This document shows positions 40,714 through 61,838 of a DNA stretch of 64,000 nucleotides, in pieces. Each line of letters starts with the position of its first letter. The stretch's first letter is position 1. The notes under the pieces were generated by a model that saw only the letters and a list, made by a program, of their open reading frames with translations, did no database searches and was not told the origin of the DNA. This stretch comes from Lingula anatina (lineage: Eukaryota > Animalia > Brachiopoda). Made by a program: the position numbers and the translations under genes. The DNA lies in contig CM120646.1 in NCBI GenBank assembly GCA_051362555.1, positions 930,001 through 994,000 on the forward strand, given 5' to 3'.

Positions 40714-41580
40714 GCTGTTGGGGAAGGGGGCGATTATGCTAGAGCGTACGTACTCAACTGCAATCTCACCTAGCACACTGTTTGTGCGGGGGCAAAGTCT
40801 TGTTATCTTCTTGTTATTAGCAAGGAATTAGACGTGTTTTTAATCTTATTCTTTCTAATTCCTTGTTATCAGTGTCCTGGATGACAAGTGGCAAACAAAG
40901 CTTACTGTTATCTCCGGTGATGTGAGAGAGGTGGTTTTATTACATGGCAGAACAGATCGCGTGATTATGATCAATTACTCATGAAACTTTTTTTACCAAA
41001 AAATCCCACATTTATAAATGCCTCATCCCTTCAAGCCTAGTACACTACCGCCATAGACCAAAAAGTTGTACAACTTCTTGCATAGATATTGCACGCTAAT
41101 TGTGGTTTTGGTGGTGGTGGTGGTGGTGGTGGTGGGGGGGGGGGGGGGGGGGGGGAGGGGGGGGGGGCGAGTGTACGCCCCAGCGTCTGTTTTCAGCACT
41201 GTCAGTGTTTGTGTGGTCAATTCAGATAACCAACATAATTTCCACATAAAAATATCGAAATTTTCCAAATTGAACAAAAATCCCCTATTTTCTGTAAAAT
41301 GCTAATAAGCAGAGTCTTGCTGTGTCGCCCCTCCTTCTATTCTCCAGGACAACGGGGACATAAATTACACAAACAAAAACCACCCTAATTATCAGGCGCC
41401 TGGACAGAGTTATCAGTTATGTATATTTACATATGTCAGGCCTGATCTTTGTGAAAGCGGTAGCCTATTTCCAACCGTTTTAAATTTTCCTGAGTCATAA
41501 TTTAATTTCTTACAAGAGACAATCCAACGATAACGTGTTAAGACATTACATTGGTAACAATTTATTACATGCAGCTCAAA

Positions 41581-41738
41581 GGCTTCATTCACATGCAATG
41601 TCTATTTTCTAAATTCTATTTTTATTTCGCGCTATCTTATGATCACGGTCTGTGCCCTGAATATCCCGCCGCGTAATTAAGACATACCGCGAATAGAAAA
41701 TAGAATTTAGAAAATAGACATTGCATGTGAATGAAGCC
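41581..41738. mobile_element. MITE family A copy
   Basis: TIR ggcttcattcacatgcaatgtctattttctaaattctat and its reverse complement; AAA on both flanks. Confidence 0.78.
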
Positions 41739-42575
41739 AAAGTGTCAGGCGTCAGTAAAACTCCCTCTCTACTAATAAGTCGAGGTGTGGTGAAGGGGGG
41801 GGGGTGTAGAGGGGGGAGGGGGGATAGAATCCGCTCGTCTTTCTCGTTAGGCGTGCCTCCATTAAAACTACAGGTGGAAAAGGGCGCTTCCCGCGTCCAT
41901 GGACGCGCCCATTAAAACTATTTGACTTTTCTCAATTAGTTCTCATAGGCGCCTGTATCATTTTAATGAAGGCGTGTGCATGTTATGTTGAATTGGCTTT
42001 TACAGAAAAGCAGGGGCACACATACACACGAACTTCTCCTCTTAGAATATTTTGCAAGGGAAAACCACAGGAGAAATTAGACCCGTGATGTTTCATTAAA
42101 AATACCCGAGCCTCAACAGCATACAAGTAACGTCATGATATGCTCCTTTATAACTTACTGCTGAATATAATATGGTCTTCATAATGCATCTACACTGTCT
42201 CTTACGACTATTGGGTCTCTATAGGCCTACCGGTATCTTAAAGTGTCCATAAGTCTCATATCATGTGAAAGTAAAAAATGTAATAAATAATTCAATTCCT
42301 GCCTCGTATCACAAAATATGGATACGATTATTCTAAATAGATTATGCCTTTTATCCTCCCCAAATTTGAACGTCTTCGGATACACAGGTAAATTCCACGT
42401 CTTAAGAAGTTTCAAATTCCGCATCCGGGTCTCTGACGCGTCAAGGCCGGGGTATGTTTACAAATATTACCCACGTGCTTGGTTTTTCCCCAGTGACAGT
42501 TTCATTACAAATTAAAGAAATATACACACTTAAATTTTTTATGAGTAAAAGGAGGGAAACAATAACAGTCAGCTG

Positions 42576-42780
42576 TATAAAAGGACTTGAAGTTGGCTTG
42601 AGTCAGTCATTCTTCTATCTGCTGATCACTAAGAAATCTGAAGTTCACAGTAATACTGTTCTGCATGAAATCCCTAGGCAGAGACGCCAAGAAGACATAA
42701 CCATTGGCATTCATACTTAAGGAAGAAAGAAAAACACCATTCGACTTGCGGACGTCACTGTTGACTCGTAAAAGGTAAAA
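42576..42780 (+). promoter_or_regulatory. TATA/Inr core promoter and non-coding first exon of paralog 3
   Basis: TATAAAA at 42576, Inr TCAGT with its A at 42605 (29 nt downstream), donor AAG|gtaaaa at 42774/42775. The exon contains a short uORF (MKSLGRDAKKT*). Confidence 0.55.
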
Positions 42781-43528
42781 TATGATAAAAAAAAATTGAT
42801 GGTAGAATAACCTTATACAGAGTTTCATAACCCTTTAATGTTTTTTGTAGTTGTTATATTTGTTGCTGATGGTGGTGGTGTACATGTATGTGAGCGTGTG
42901 TGCATGTATTTGTATTAGTAGAGTATATCAATATGTCTTTACAATTCTGTAAAATTCGTAAGATATTCTGACAGAAATGTTGACAAAACTTGCTAATATA
43001 CCACAAAAGGCTAGGAGAACTATTTAACATCCATTCTCAAGAAGATAAAATGATACCCCAATAATGTCTATCGCTAATTGCTTTTTTAAAAAGCGGCAAA
43101 TAGACTATAGTGTCACGCCAGTAAGGTCCTTAAGTCAGCCTAAACGTATACTTTGAAAGTGAAAGAGAGCGATGAATCACGTTTTGCACCAGTTATCAAC
43201 AACATGGCCCATATAACAACTGTTCTCAGACTGACAATTACACACAAGTAGTTTTTTAAAAAGTTGTTTGCAAATGTTAAAAAAAAAGAATGAGTAGTAT
43301 AATGTAATGAACGTTACTTGGTAGCTGGATATACTTCTAATGTACTAGAGATCACTTTAAAATGTACTATAAAAGAGGATGATTACTCAATAGTTAATGA
43401 AATTATGGGAATTTTACCCATTTTTCACAAAAAAAAAAATGAATTAAAGTCTTAAATTCGCCCGACCATCAAAATGGACTATATCCTGTTTTACTAACTA
43501 TTTATTTCATTTTCATTTATTACAGAAA

Positions 43529-43966
43529 ATGTCCGCGTTCGACCAAATGAGCGAGCTACACCCAAATATTTCAGGCAGACGAAGCCCTCCGCCAAGCTAT
43601 GATGAGAGTTTTAACTGTCGTCTGCTTCCGTCAGCTCCGCCTGTGGAAGATGAAAGCGATGTCGGATTAGAACACACGGGCCATTTTCAAGATCGGCTGC
43701 AATACCAGAGAAGTTGCTATTCACCTTTGTCAGCATCTTCCAGTAATTCATCGTCAAAACATCGGGGAAGACACAGAAATAATGACTCAGAATCTTCAGA
43801 GAATGCTCTTTTGAATTCAAATAATTCAAATGAAAACTGTTCTTCAAAAAGAAAACGTGGTCTTTTCAAGCGAATTATTTCCCGGCCGTTAAGACTGATA
43901 CAGGCTGGGGGAGTGAGCACTGGCATTATTATCGCCGTCGTGGTCATATTAGTCATGGTTCTCTAA
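43529..43966 (+). CDS. Small tail-anchored membrane protein with PPSY and PSAP motifs (paralog 3)
   Basis: 145-aa ORF after a strong acceptor (tttcatttattacag| at 43525). PPSY at 43589, PSAP at 43628, basic KRKRGLFKRIISR segment, C-terminal TM GIIIAVVVILVMVL*. Confidence 0.75.
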   Translation: MSAFDQMSELHPNISGRRSPPPSYDESFNCRLLPSAPPVEDESDVGLEHTGHFQDRLQYQRSCYSPLSASSSNSSSKHRGRHRNNDSESSENALLNSNNSNENCSSKRKRGLFKRIISRPLRLIQAGGVSTGIIIAVVVILVMVL

Positions 43967-44729
43967 GAGACCATTCTCAGAAACTAATTAACTATCGTTA
44001 AGCAGCTTTAGCGGGCGTGCCAGACGTCTAAGCCGCTTGGGCTGAAAGCAATTTAGTGCGAAACCCCGTGGAGATGGACCGATCCCGTAAGATCGAACTA
44101 GGGATGTGAACCCAGTAAGATACCAACTGTTACATGTACAGTTACAAAAGACGGACTGGGCTTCCTTGGATAATCACTTCTATGCAATGAGAAAGTGACA
44201 ATAGGACAGTTTTTGCGCTTTAAACATTATCAGCAGGTCTGTGTCGGGGAATATTAAACTTTTTTCTTGATCTTCAGTTATTTAACAAACCGAAGCCAAT
44301 TTACCGCAGGTTGTATAAGGACCGAACCTGATGCTTCTATGTATTGTAGCCTTTGAATGAGCTTTAAATGTGCCAAATGTACATACATTGACAATCATCA
44401 CAATACAAAGAGCATTTCTACACTAGATATTCATAGCTATTTCTCTTTTTCCCTGCACATTTCTGTACGGTGAAAATTTTATGATAAAAAATGTCATCAT
44501 CAGTTAACCTCTGTTCAGCCGTCTGATAGACAGCACTTAACAGTAAAATGCATTCTGTGAACAAATCAGGAGACGCGATAACTTCGGCTAGTTAAGGTGA
44601 CTATTGCACGCCCGAGTCGGCGTAGAAGGGCAACCAACGTAAACAGACATACACGCCACAGATATACCTAACCTCAGAACGCTTTGACCCTGTTAGATTA
44701 TATTTAAACAACATTATGTTTTAGTGTGC

Positions 44730-46470
44730 ATGTGTAAATAGACGAATTTAATTTTGATTATCGAGCACTTTAAGTCCGGAGCGAGTGTTTGTACATAACG
44801 TGGATTTACTACATAACGATATATCCAAGCGGGTGCATGAAGTCATAAAAAATTTGTCAGGCAGCCAAGATTCTTGGAAGAATCAATATTATTGATTGAT
44901 CTGAGAAAGGGAATTTTTAGAAGCAATTGTTGACATGTTATTGTGTAGTCATAAGATGTTATCAAGGCCTTTATCTTCGAGGTTTATGTAAAACCAGACA
45001 ACAATCTTTGATCTCTTGGCTGAACTGTACATCGAATAGCCTGTTAAGTTTGTAAAATATGAGTAAAAATGTAGAAATCGCGCTGCTTACGTTCCTAAAT
45101 TGTCACTGAAATATATGTCATCATTTCAAATTTAAAATAATGATCACTATAACAATAAATTGAAAACTACAATTGTTATAATTTATTTGTGCCATTTTCC
45201 AAAATAAATATTTTGAATTGAGTATGGAGTATCGTTTCTTTCTCTCTCTCTCTCTCTCTCTCTCTTTTGGGGCATTAAAATGTATGTCTCACACAATGTC
45301 GATTATATCTAAGGGGAAATATAAAATAAAACCTTAGTGAAACAGCTTTGTAGGAACCTCTCTCACCCTTAAAAACGTTCGAATAAGCGAAATAAGACAA
45401 TGCCAAGCCATTTTCCCTCGTTGTTTTATATATATTCAAGTAAAATTATCGTTTTCTGTAACATGCTTGTGCCCCCCCCCCAAACCACCCCCTAGACGAG
45501 TGGTTAGTCCGCAAGTGAAAACCATATTTGAAGTAAAGGAAAATAGCAATGTCATAGGGCGCATTCCCAATATTTAACCATCGTTCTACGTAGATCGAGC
45601 CAACTCCGCAAGGGACTATCGCTGAATACAATCAGATTAGCACACCTCTTGTTTCTTATTATTAACAGTTTCCCTTTATTTTTTGGAGGCGTGTTAGCCT
45701 GATTGCATTCAGCGAAAGTCGGCGCGGAGGTGGATCGATCTACGTATAGAACGATGGTTGCATTGGGAATGAACCCTTGGTGTGCTAATAGACGTATTTT
45801 AATTGTAGAGCAATGTCTCAGTTTGGGTCGTGTGTTTGAACATTCCGGTGTTTACCACATAGCGAAATATCTAAGCGGGTGCATGAATCATAGGGAAAAT
45901 TTGTCAGGCAGCCAAAATTCTTGGAAGAATACACATTATTGATTGATTTTAGAGAGGGAAATCTTACTATAAACAATTGTGACTTCATCAGACGTTATCA
46001 AAATGACTTTATCTGCAAGATTTAAGGCTATAAATCAGACCACAAATGATGTCCACCAGAGTTCAAAATCGAACAATCGAATGATAAGATTATTCAAAAT
46101 GAGTAAATATATGTATTCATTTGACCCTATGCGTTTCTAAATAGCCACCATTGTATATGTAATCATTTAAAAATAACAATAATATATAGAAAAGTAAAAT
46201 AAAAAATATTTAAAATGTTATTGTGCCATTTTTCAAAATAAATATTTAAGCCAAGTATGAAGTGTTGTTTATCTCTAAATGTAGGTGGTAGGTTACACAT
46301 ATCTAAAAAAAATGTGAAAGAAACTCAATGGGCCACAAGCACCCCCCCCCCCCCAGGCTGCGAACCCCCAGAACCCTGAAAATAACATAGAAATAAAATA
46401 AAATAACTTTATAAGCGAAACAAAAGCCTAAACCATCCCCCTTCTTTGTGATCTGCACATTTTAGTAACT
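44730..46470. repeat. Diverged direct duplication (~700-bp homology, ~1.05-kb period)
   Basis: aagcgggtgcatgaa...aatttgtcaggcagccaa.attcttggaagaat and ttgtgccatttt..aaaataaatattt occur in both ~44730-45450 and ~45780-46470. Confidence 0.8.
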
Positions 46471-49400
46471 TAAACTCTCGTCTACTACGTTGTTAAAGAA
46501 ATTGTTTAAACCAAAATTTAGAAGAGCGGTGGTATTTGATTTAATGATAAATACTGCACCTCCAGTGGTTTTTAACCATTGTGTTGGAACATCCCGGAAA
46601 TGCCATGTAACTAACCCCGGTCAACTTAAACTGCAAAGTCATCAAAACATTCCAAAGGAATTTCTTAATGGCTATATGATGCCAGACTAAAGATGAAAGT
46701 TGTGTTATGAAATTTTTGATTATCACATTATCTTGCAATCCCGCGGGGGAGAATTAATTTCATCAAAAATTTCAAAATCTCAAACGTAACTTTGAAATAT
46801 AAGCACAGACGATCTAAAAGGAAGTTATGAAGTATCAAGACGAGACAAATTCATTGTTTTTGACAGGGAAAACCCAACGTTGAAAAGACACAAGTATAGA
46901 CAGTGGGGAATTTTCATTTCTCACAGTCAAATTTAGACCCAGGTGTATTTATAAAAGATCTTTGACAAGATTTCTTTTGTGTGAAAATATCTGACGTGAT
47001 AGATAATTGATAGCCTTCAGAATATGTTATTGTGTTGAAACGGGTTATTCCAGTAGAAGTGGTAACTTTATCTTGTGATCCGAGACCGCCATCTTGACAC
47101 ATTGACCCATTCTTTTATTACTTAACGTTGACACATAAAAAGTTCATGCGAAAAGGATTTTGGCTGGATGTCAGAAATAAAAAAAGATCAAACAAGGCGA
47201 AAAACGTAGCTAGCCGTCCATTCAATGACTAACGGGAAAATCCCACAAATTTCTGCTGATCTTTTACATTTGGAAGCGAAGTCTCGTCAACGCGTACAAT
47301 TCTAAAAATAAATGTTTGCCACTCATATCTGAAAACAGCTTCAAGGCTGAGTATGGTGGATTAATACTTCGAAGTACAAACTCACATGACTTCAGTGGCA
47401 ATAAGATAACCATACTGAGAACAATGTAGAGAATATCCGGGACGAGATGAGGTCAGACAAAAAACCCCTATATCATTATGTTCATCATAAATACACCAGT
47501 GGGGAATAATTTGAATAGAATATTATGCCGGGAGTAATGACATGGAGGACTGGGGTGAAGTCCGGACACATACATCTGCGACGTCAGAAAATGCCCTGAA
47601 TAATAGCGTCCCGTGGCCCAGTCATTACAAAAAACCGAAAGTCAGTTTGAACTTTTTAACCAAAAATTTAGTCCATTTTTACCCTTCCCAAGAATTAGTA
47701 GCTATCTTTTTAGATGAAATAGTTTTTTTTTAAGTAAGTGGAGTGGTACAGGTTTCACCGGGATCTGTAGACCAAATATCTGGCGTGAACAGTTAAATAC
47801 AATTTTTTGGCTTAAGACATTTTGTGAAACAGGCAGACGTTTTTAAAATCGTATTTTTAAAAATACAATACCAACAAGTACCCAGGAGTTAAAATTCATT
47901 TCTTCAAAAACTTTATTTATTCATAATGTTCACTCTATGGTACACAGTCACAGTATTGAGTATAATGTACTAATATATTGGAGTCATAGTTAACTTCCCT
48001 TAATTTTTTTTTTCATTTTCATGAGCATAATTATTTATTTATTGCAGACCCCTACATGGCTGAGACGTGTGTGTATCAGTTACCCACACTGCAATATACT
48101 GAATACTGCAGTACAAAGTACTGAACAAAAACATACTAAGTACAGAAAGGACTTTTCTCTATAAAATGTGGCTATAAAAACGATCAAACTACGTCTATCA
48201 AATCAACAGTGAATACGTCAGGAATTACTGAATATTGACCTTTGTATGAATACTTTTTGGATACTGCTAATAAATTGCTAGTACTGAGTACACATAAGCT
48301 GATATAGCAGTGTGGGTAACACGAACTACACTTTGTTTTTTTAAAAAAGCAGCTGAAGTTCCTTTTTTCATCTGGATCATATCCCTTCATCAACTTTCAC
48401 CACCACAAAAACGCTTTTGTCAGTTTTGTATCTTGGACACTATAACACAAAAATGCCCCTTAGCCCTTAACCCATAGAATCAAGACATGGAAAAAGATCT
48501 TCGAAACTTTATATGGGGGGAAACTCAGTCAAAACCAGCCATTTGAACTTCAGGGTTTTGTAGCCACTTCACATACATTTCGCTAATAAAATATCCATGC
48601 AGTACTCACAACTTACGAGACAAAACTGTGCAGACGAGAACGCATTACAGCACTTCGTGTTAACTTATCAAGAAACAAGAGATAGAATTGGGGGGGGGGG
48701 GGGGGGGGGGGGGGAGTAGGGCGGGGGCGTGGTCCAGCTTAACACACCTAGCGTGAATTACCTTTTAGGTCTTGCTGGAAGCACCATTTAGTAGACAAGA
48801 ACTTTCACAGCTGCACTGGCAGGGGTCGATCAATGTTTAAAATACTGTCACAGTTACTTTACTATAAAAAAAAAAACAGATATAACTGTCACTGATACCA
48901 GTGCCATACAAGGGATAATGATTACTGTAATAATAGCGGTCTCCCTGATAGGTGTAGTTATATGGGCACTGGCTTTTGTACATGGTAACATTAGAGCTTA
49001 CTGTGATGTCATCATGCACCATGTGACATCACTGTGTGCATTGTGATATCACAACATAAAATGTGATGTCATAACACACACAGTCAAGTCACAGTTAACA
49101 TTGTGGGATTAAGTAAATGGTGACATCGTATCTGCTTACCTAGACATCAGTCACATATTTCATAATACAATAGCAATGTGGTGTGACAATCAGATTTGAC
49201 GCAATTATATCTTACGGTAATACGACCCCAGATGTCCCTACGTTAACATGGGGCAAATAGATGGGCAAAAATTGTCTACAAAAATTCCTGAATATGTAGC
49301 AAAATAGTAGCTCTGCGTGTTAAGTGTCCTCCCCTTTTCTTTCCAGCAGGTCAAACTTGCTGTGGTAATTCACCCGTTGTGCGTGCAGTGTTAAGCAATT

Positions 49401-49578
49401 CATCCACAGAACTCTTCACTGCTGCAAATTAAAGGAAAGAACAAAAATTGTCCACCGAGAGCATTTCATTTTTTTCCTTGGCATGTAGTCATAACTGTTT
49501 TCTGACTGGCTAGGCAATGTCACCTGTTCTGAACTCAAGTCATACATAAAAACTGTCCATGTCTGCCGCTTTATTTAT

Positions 49579-58218
<8,640 letters not shown>

Positions 58219-59639
58219 ACAAATTCCGAGGTGGATTACAGGCAAGTAAAATTAAAAAAACAAGTGGAGTCTGTCTTGTGATGTATTCTAAAAATAGAAA
58301 ATAAATATCATGAAGATTTCAAATAAAAGTAGAAACTGTAACATGTTCAAATGGAGAGCTGAGCCTGATCTCCTGTTAGCCAAAATGCTAGCTAGACCAG
58401 TGATAGTGATTGCTCCTTTCTATTTGAAATGTGAACTACAATAAAACAAATCTTAACACTTAGAAGTTGTCTTGTGTGCTATATAAATAGATCCCCCCCC
58501 ACACACACACACATACTAAAAATACAATAATATTTGTTCAAGTCACATGATGTCAGTGAGGTGATGATCATATCAATTTCTTAAAAATACTGTAAAATAG
58601 GCCAGATGACATATGCAAGTTTACTGCATGTGTTAATAAACTGAAATAATAATAATAATAACCCCAATGAGTAATACTTAACTTTTTGTATGATGATGAC
58701 TCATAAAATACAATCAACAACAAAGACCTCCTTGTCTCAAAGAATTATCTGCATACCAAGGAGTTAAAATTTAACACTGTACAAAACTAGCCATGTGTTC
58801 TTTTAGCATCTTATCTACAAAGACGATTACGTTTTCATTAATATATATATATATCTTAAACTTTAAAGTTTAAGAGTCAGTTAATTGTTCTAAATGGGGA
58901 CCCTTTCAAGACAAACTGAAGATTATCTCACAATGCGTGTTTGAACAGTGTCTGAATCAAGGAACAAACTACACCATATTTCACCTCTACAAAATAAATG
59001 AAAACAGAAAACACAAATGATGATCTTTAAGAGTTACCAAGATGTGTGAAAACATTAGAGGTGGGAATAAACAATAATTCAATTTTGAACAAGCTTTGTG
59101 TTCAGTTATCCTGGAAGTTATAACTGACCAAAAAAATCATAACTAAAACCCATTCGCCTTTTGACAGGTATCTTACACTATAAGTCTGAAGTATGGAAAG
59201 TTGTCTTACACCTTCTCAAGACCAAAAACTAAATACTCGAAGACAGGGCAGTGAAATATGAAATTCTCTCTCAAACGACAAATGGTTCAAATCTACCCAC
59301 TTGTCAGCCGAAGTAGCTCACTATAGTGCCATTCACTGCAATTTTTAATCACAGTTTAGTACTCGAGATATATACCTTTATGATTAAACAAATAATATAT
59401 CTACTTGATTTAAAACATGTATGACTCCATTCAAATGGAGACAAAAACCTTTGAAACCAAGTGTGATTCGGCTTCAAATTTTAAGTAAATGAAAATTACA
59501 AAATCCACAAATCTTTGCCCAGAAACATCCTCTTAACTAAAGAAAATCTTCACGCTATTTGGTATATAGATACATAATCAAATAGTGACAATATTCACAT
59601 GTAAAATGCTAACAGATTTTACTTCGCACGTTTCCTCAC

Positions 59640-59725
59640 CTTTGTTGACGACAAACAGACAGAATTCTTGCGAAAACTGGGGCTTGTCTTGTGACGCAGT
59701 GCCATCTACCGGTCAAAAAATAAGC
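59640..59725. promoter_or_regulatory. Bidirectional promoter region shared by BZW (non-coding exon 1) and MRPL45
   Basis: Minus-strand donor AAG|gtgagg at 59640 can join the BZW acceptor at 58287. MRPL45 ATG is at 59726. TGACGCA and TGCCATCTACCGG motifs lie between. Confidence 0.55.
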
Positions 59726-61314
59726 ATGGCTGCTCGAATCTTAGCACGCTGTGCTCATAATACAGTCAAATTTAAACCTCAGGTAAGTGCCTTGCTAGTG
59801 TATTGCCTAGAAATCATAGGTTAGCAATACTACTTAGCTAATTCTAGTTTTACATTTGATACTCTACACACTGAAAAGTTGGCCTATGCATTCATTACTG
59901 GTTATAAGTGGCTGTCAGCCTCTTTAATAATTTCTTCAACCTGTGGTTTTTAAACGTAAAAACCACCGAAAATTTTTTCAAAATGCTTGTCCACATTATC
60001 GCAAAAAACTTACCAAAATCGGTAAAGTATTTTTAAACGAATTTAATAAAATCGCCTAAAATATATATCATTTATAATTTATTTATGTTTATATTTGATA
60101 ATTTTATCTGTATCAATTTTGGTAAATGTTAAGGTTGTTTCAATCCATAGAAATTTTCAGATATACTTAATATATTAGAAATATTTTTCTGCAGATTTTT
60201 TATGCTGGCTGTAAGTGTTCGCTGTCACCATCCAATACAATATGTGAGCCCAGTGTGTTAGGTGGGGCTGTTTTTGAACAATCTCGACTGCGGCACAACC
60301 GGTGGAACCACTTCAAATTTAGGAAACAGAGGAAAATGAAAAATGCTAAGGTGATTATAGTTTATCCAGGGGGTTCAGTAGTAAATAACTTATACAGATA
60401 GTTTGGTCTCATTCATTTCAAGATATATTCAAAGTTATCCACAAGTGTATATAAGTAAATGTTGGTCTGAACTGTTAAGCAGGTTTTTCATTGTCGTAAA
60501 AACAGCCGCCTTGTTTGACGTAATTTGAGGACTATAAATTTATCTGGAGTCAAAATAGATGGGCATTTGGTCTAAGATCCCATTAGTCTATGTAGATCAA
60601 TCCAACTCTGCGGGGACTCTTGCTGAGTGCAATCAGCTTAACTGAATAATCGACACACCTCCTGGCATTGAGAAGAGCAGGGCCCCGTAACTCTAAGGCA
60701 TTGCACATTGCGAATAGCGATATCACATAGAGGCTACAATGTTTTGTATGGGCCGAGCATGGACGAGTTATGGAATCAAACCGCTTGCGTTTAGTTGCAG
60801 TGTGCGATGCTTTCGGGTTACGGTGGCCAGGTGCTTATCCAAGTATTTTGGAAACAAGAGGAGGCATGGACTCTAAAATTGAAGAGAAGTTTTCAGGAAA
60901 TTGTCCCAAAAATGATTGTGCTTTAAAGCACTGTAAATGACATGTCAATTATGTTATTTTCTACCCTTAAGTATTTCTTTTTTGTTTTTGTTTCGGTCTG
61001 ACAGAATTTTCAAGCTTGTCAAATTGAATGCCTGACAGATTTTTTGGCCTTTCGTAAAGTCTGAGATTTGACCTATCTTTTAAAAACCATTTTGAAAATG
61101 CAGCTAAAGCATTTATATCATACACAGACTGGTGGGAGTTATTAACTAACCCTCCAGTCGTTAAATTTTTTTTTACAGTTTCCTGAAGAGAATGGTGAAA
61201 TAGACGATGATGGATTTCCCAGGACAGAAGAGCAAATTGAGAAAATGAAGGAAAGGGGAATTCCTCCACCTAAAGATTTTAATGAAATACCTCCATTTGA
61301 CCTTAGTAGCACTG
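59726..61314 (+). CDS. MRPL45: Mitochondrial ribosomal protein L45 (mL45), exons 1-3; gene incomplete in this window
   Basis: Exons 59726-59782 (MAARILARCAHNTVKFKPQ, presequence-like), 60195-60350 (...RLRHNRWNHFKFRKQRKMKNAK) and 61179-61314 (...EKMKERGIPPPKDFNEIPPFDLSST) are in phase. They match the remembered invertebrate mL45 pattern (HW.PEFKRLRK.K; MKERG..PP...E.PF.IS.TG). Confidence 0.8.
60681..60827. mobile_element. Harbinger-like MITE in an MRPL45 intron
   Basis: Imperfect TIR ggccccgtaactctaaggcattgcac / gtgcgatgctttcgggttacggtggc; CAG on both flanks. Confidence 0.6.
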
Positions 61315-61838
61315 GTGAGTTGTGAACATGTATGATTTAGTTTTCCACAACAAATTGAAACTATATGGATAAAAAAAGAAATTATCTACTACTTACGAGT
61401 CACTGTTTGACCATGCACTTGTATCCGATCATTTATATTATTTATGATAAAATAATTTATTTCTAAATGACTTGTCAGACCCTGAGACTGCTTTGTCTCC
61501 CTGTACAGAAGGAAATGTAGACGCCAGGCACATTAATTTAAAGGGATAACAACTGTTTCTTTTTGGCCAAAAAATGAATTTTCCTGGAGTAAACAACAAT
61601 TTTCCCATACTTACCAATGGTTTTTGAATCCATTTCTACATTCAAAGTCAGTTCCTGTTTTTTTTCTAAAAAGTTTTTTTTTTTTTTTTTGCAATAATCT
61701 CTTAAGAGATTATTACAGAGTATAGCCATCTATGGAGGTCACATGGTCCGATGGCAAGCACAGATTTCAGAATAATTGCTCTAACTACCAACTTTGTGGT
61801 AAAATATTATTGCCTATATATATTATATTTCTATTAGT

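Noticed and set aside
47045-47100. CAAGATGGCGG (YY1-like/start-like motif) on the minus strand
   Set aside because: The ORF ends after 15 codons with no donor site; no gene support.
49000-49100. Degenerate TGTGATGTCA repeats in the BZW 3' UTR
   Set aside because: Short low-complexity repeat with no supportable function.
61479-61549. Possible fourth MRPL45 exon
   Set aside because: The reading frame stops early and lacks the expected YVPPEGDG-like motif; the true exon probably lies beyond the window.
61615-61633. Minus-strand ATG GAT TCA AAA ACC ATT G|gtaagt, a strong-context, phase-compatible alternative BZW first exon
   Set aside because: It lies antisense within an MRPL45 intron beyond the shared promoter, has no promoter evidence, and such short matches arise by chance.
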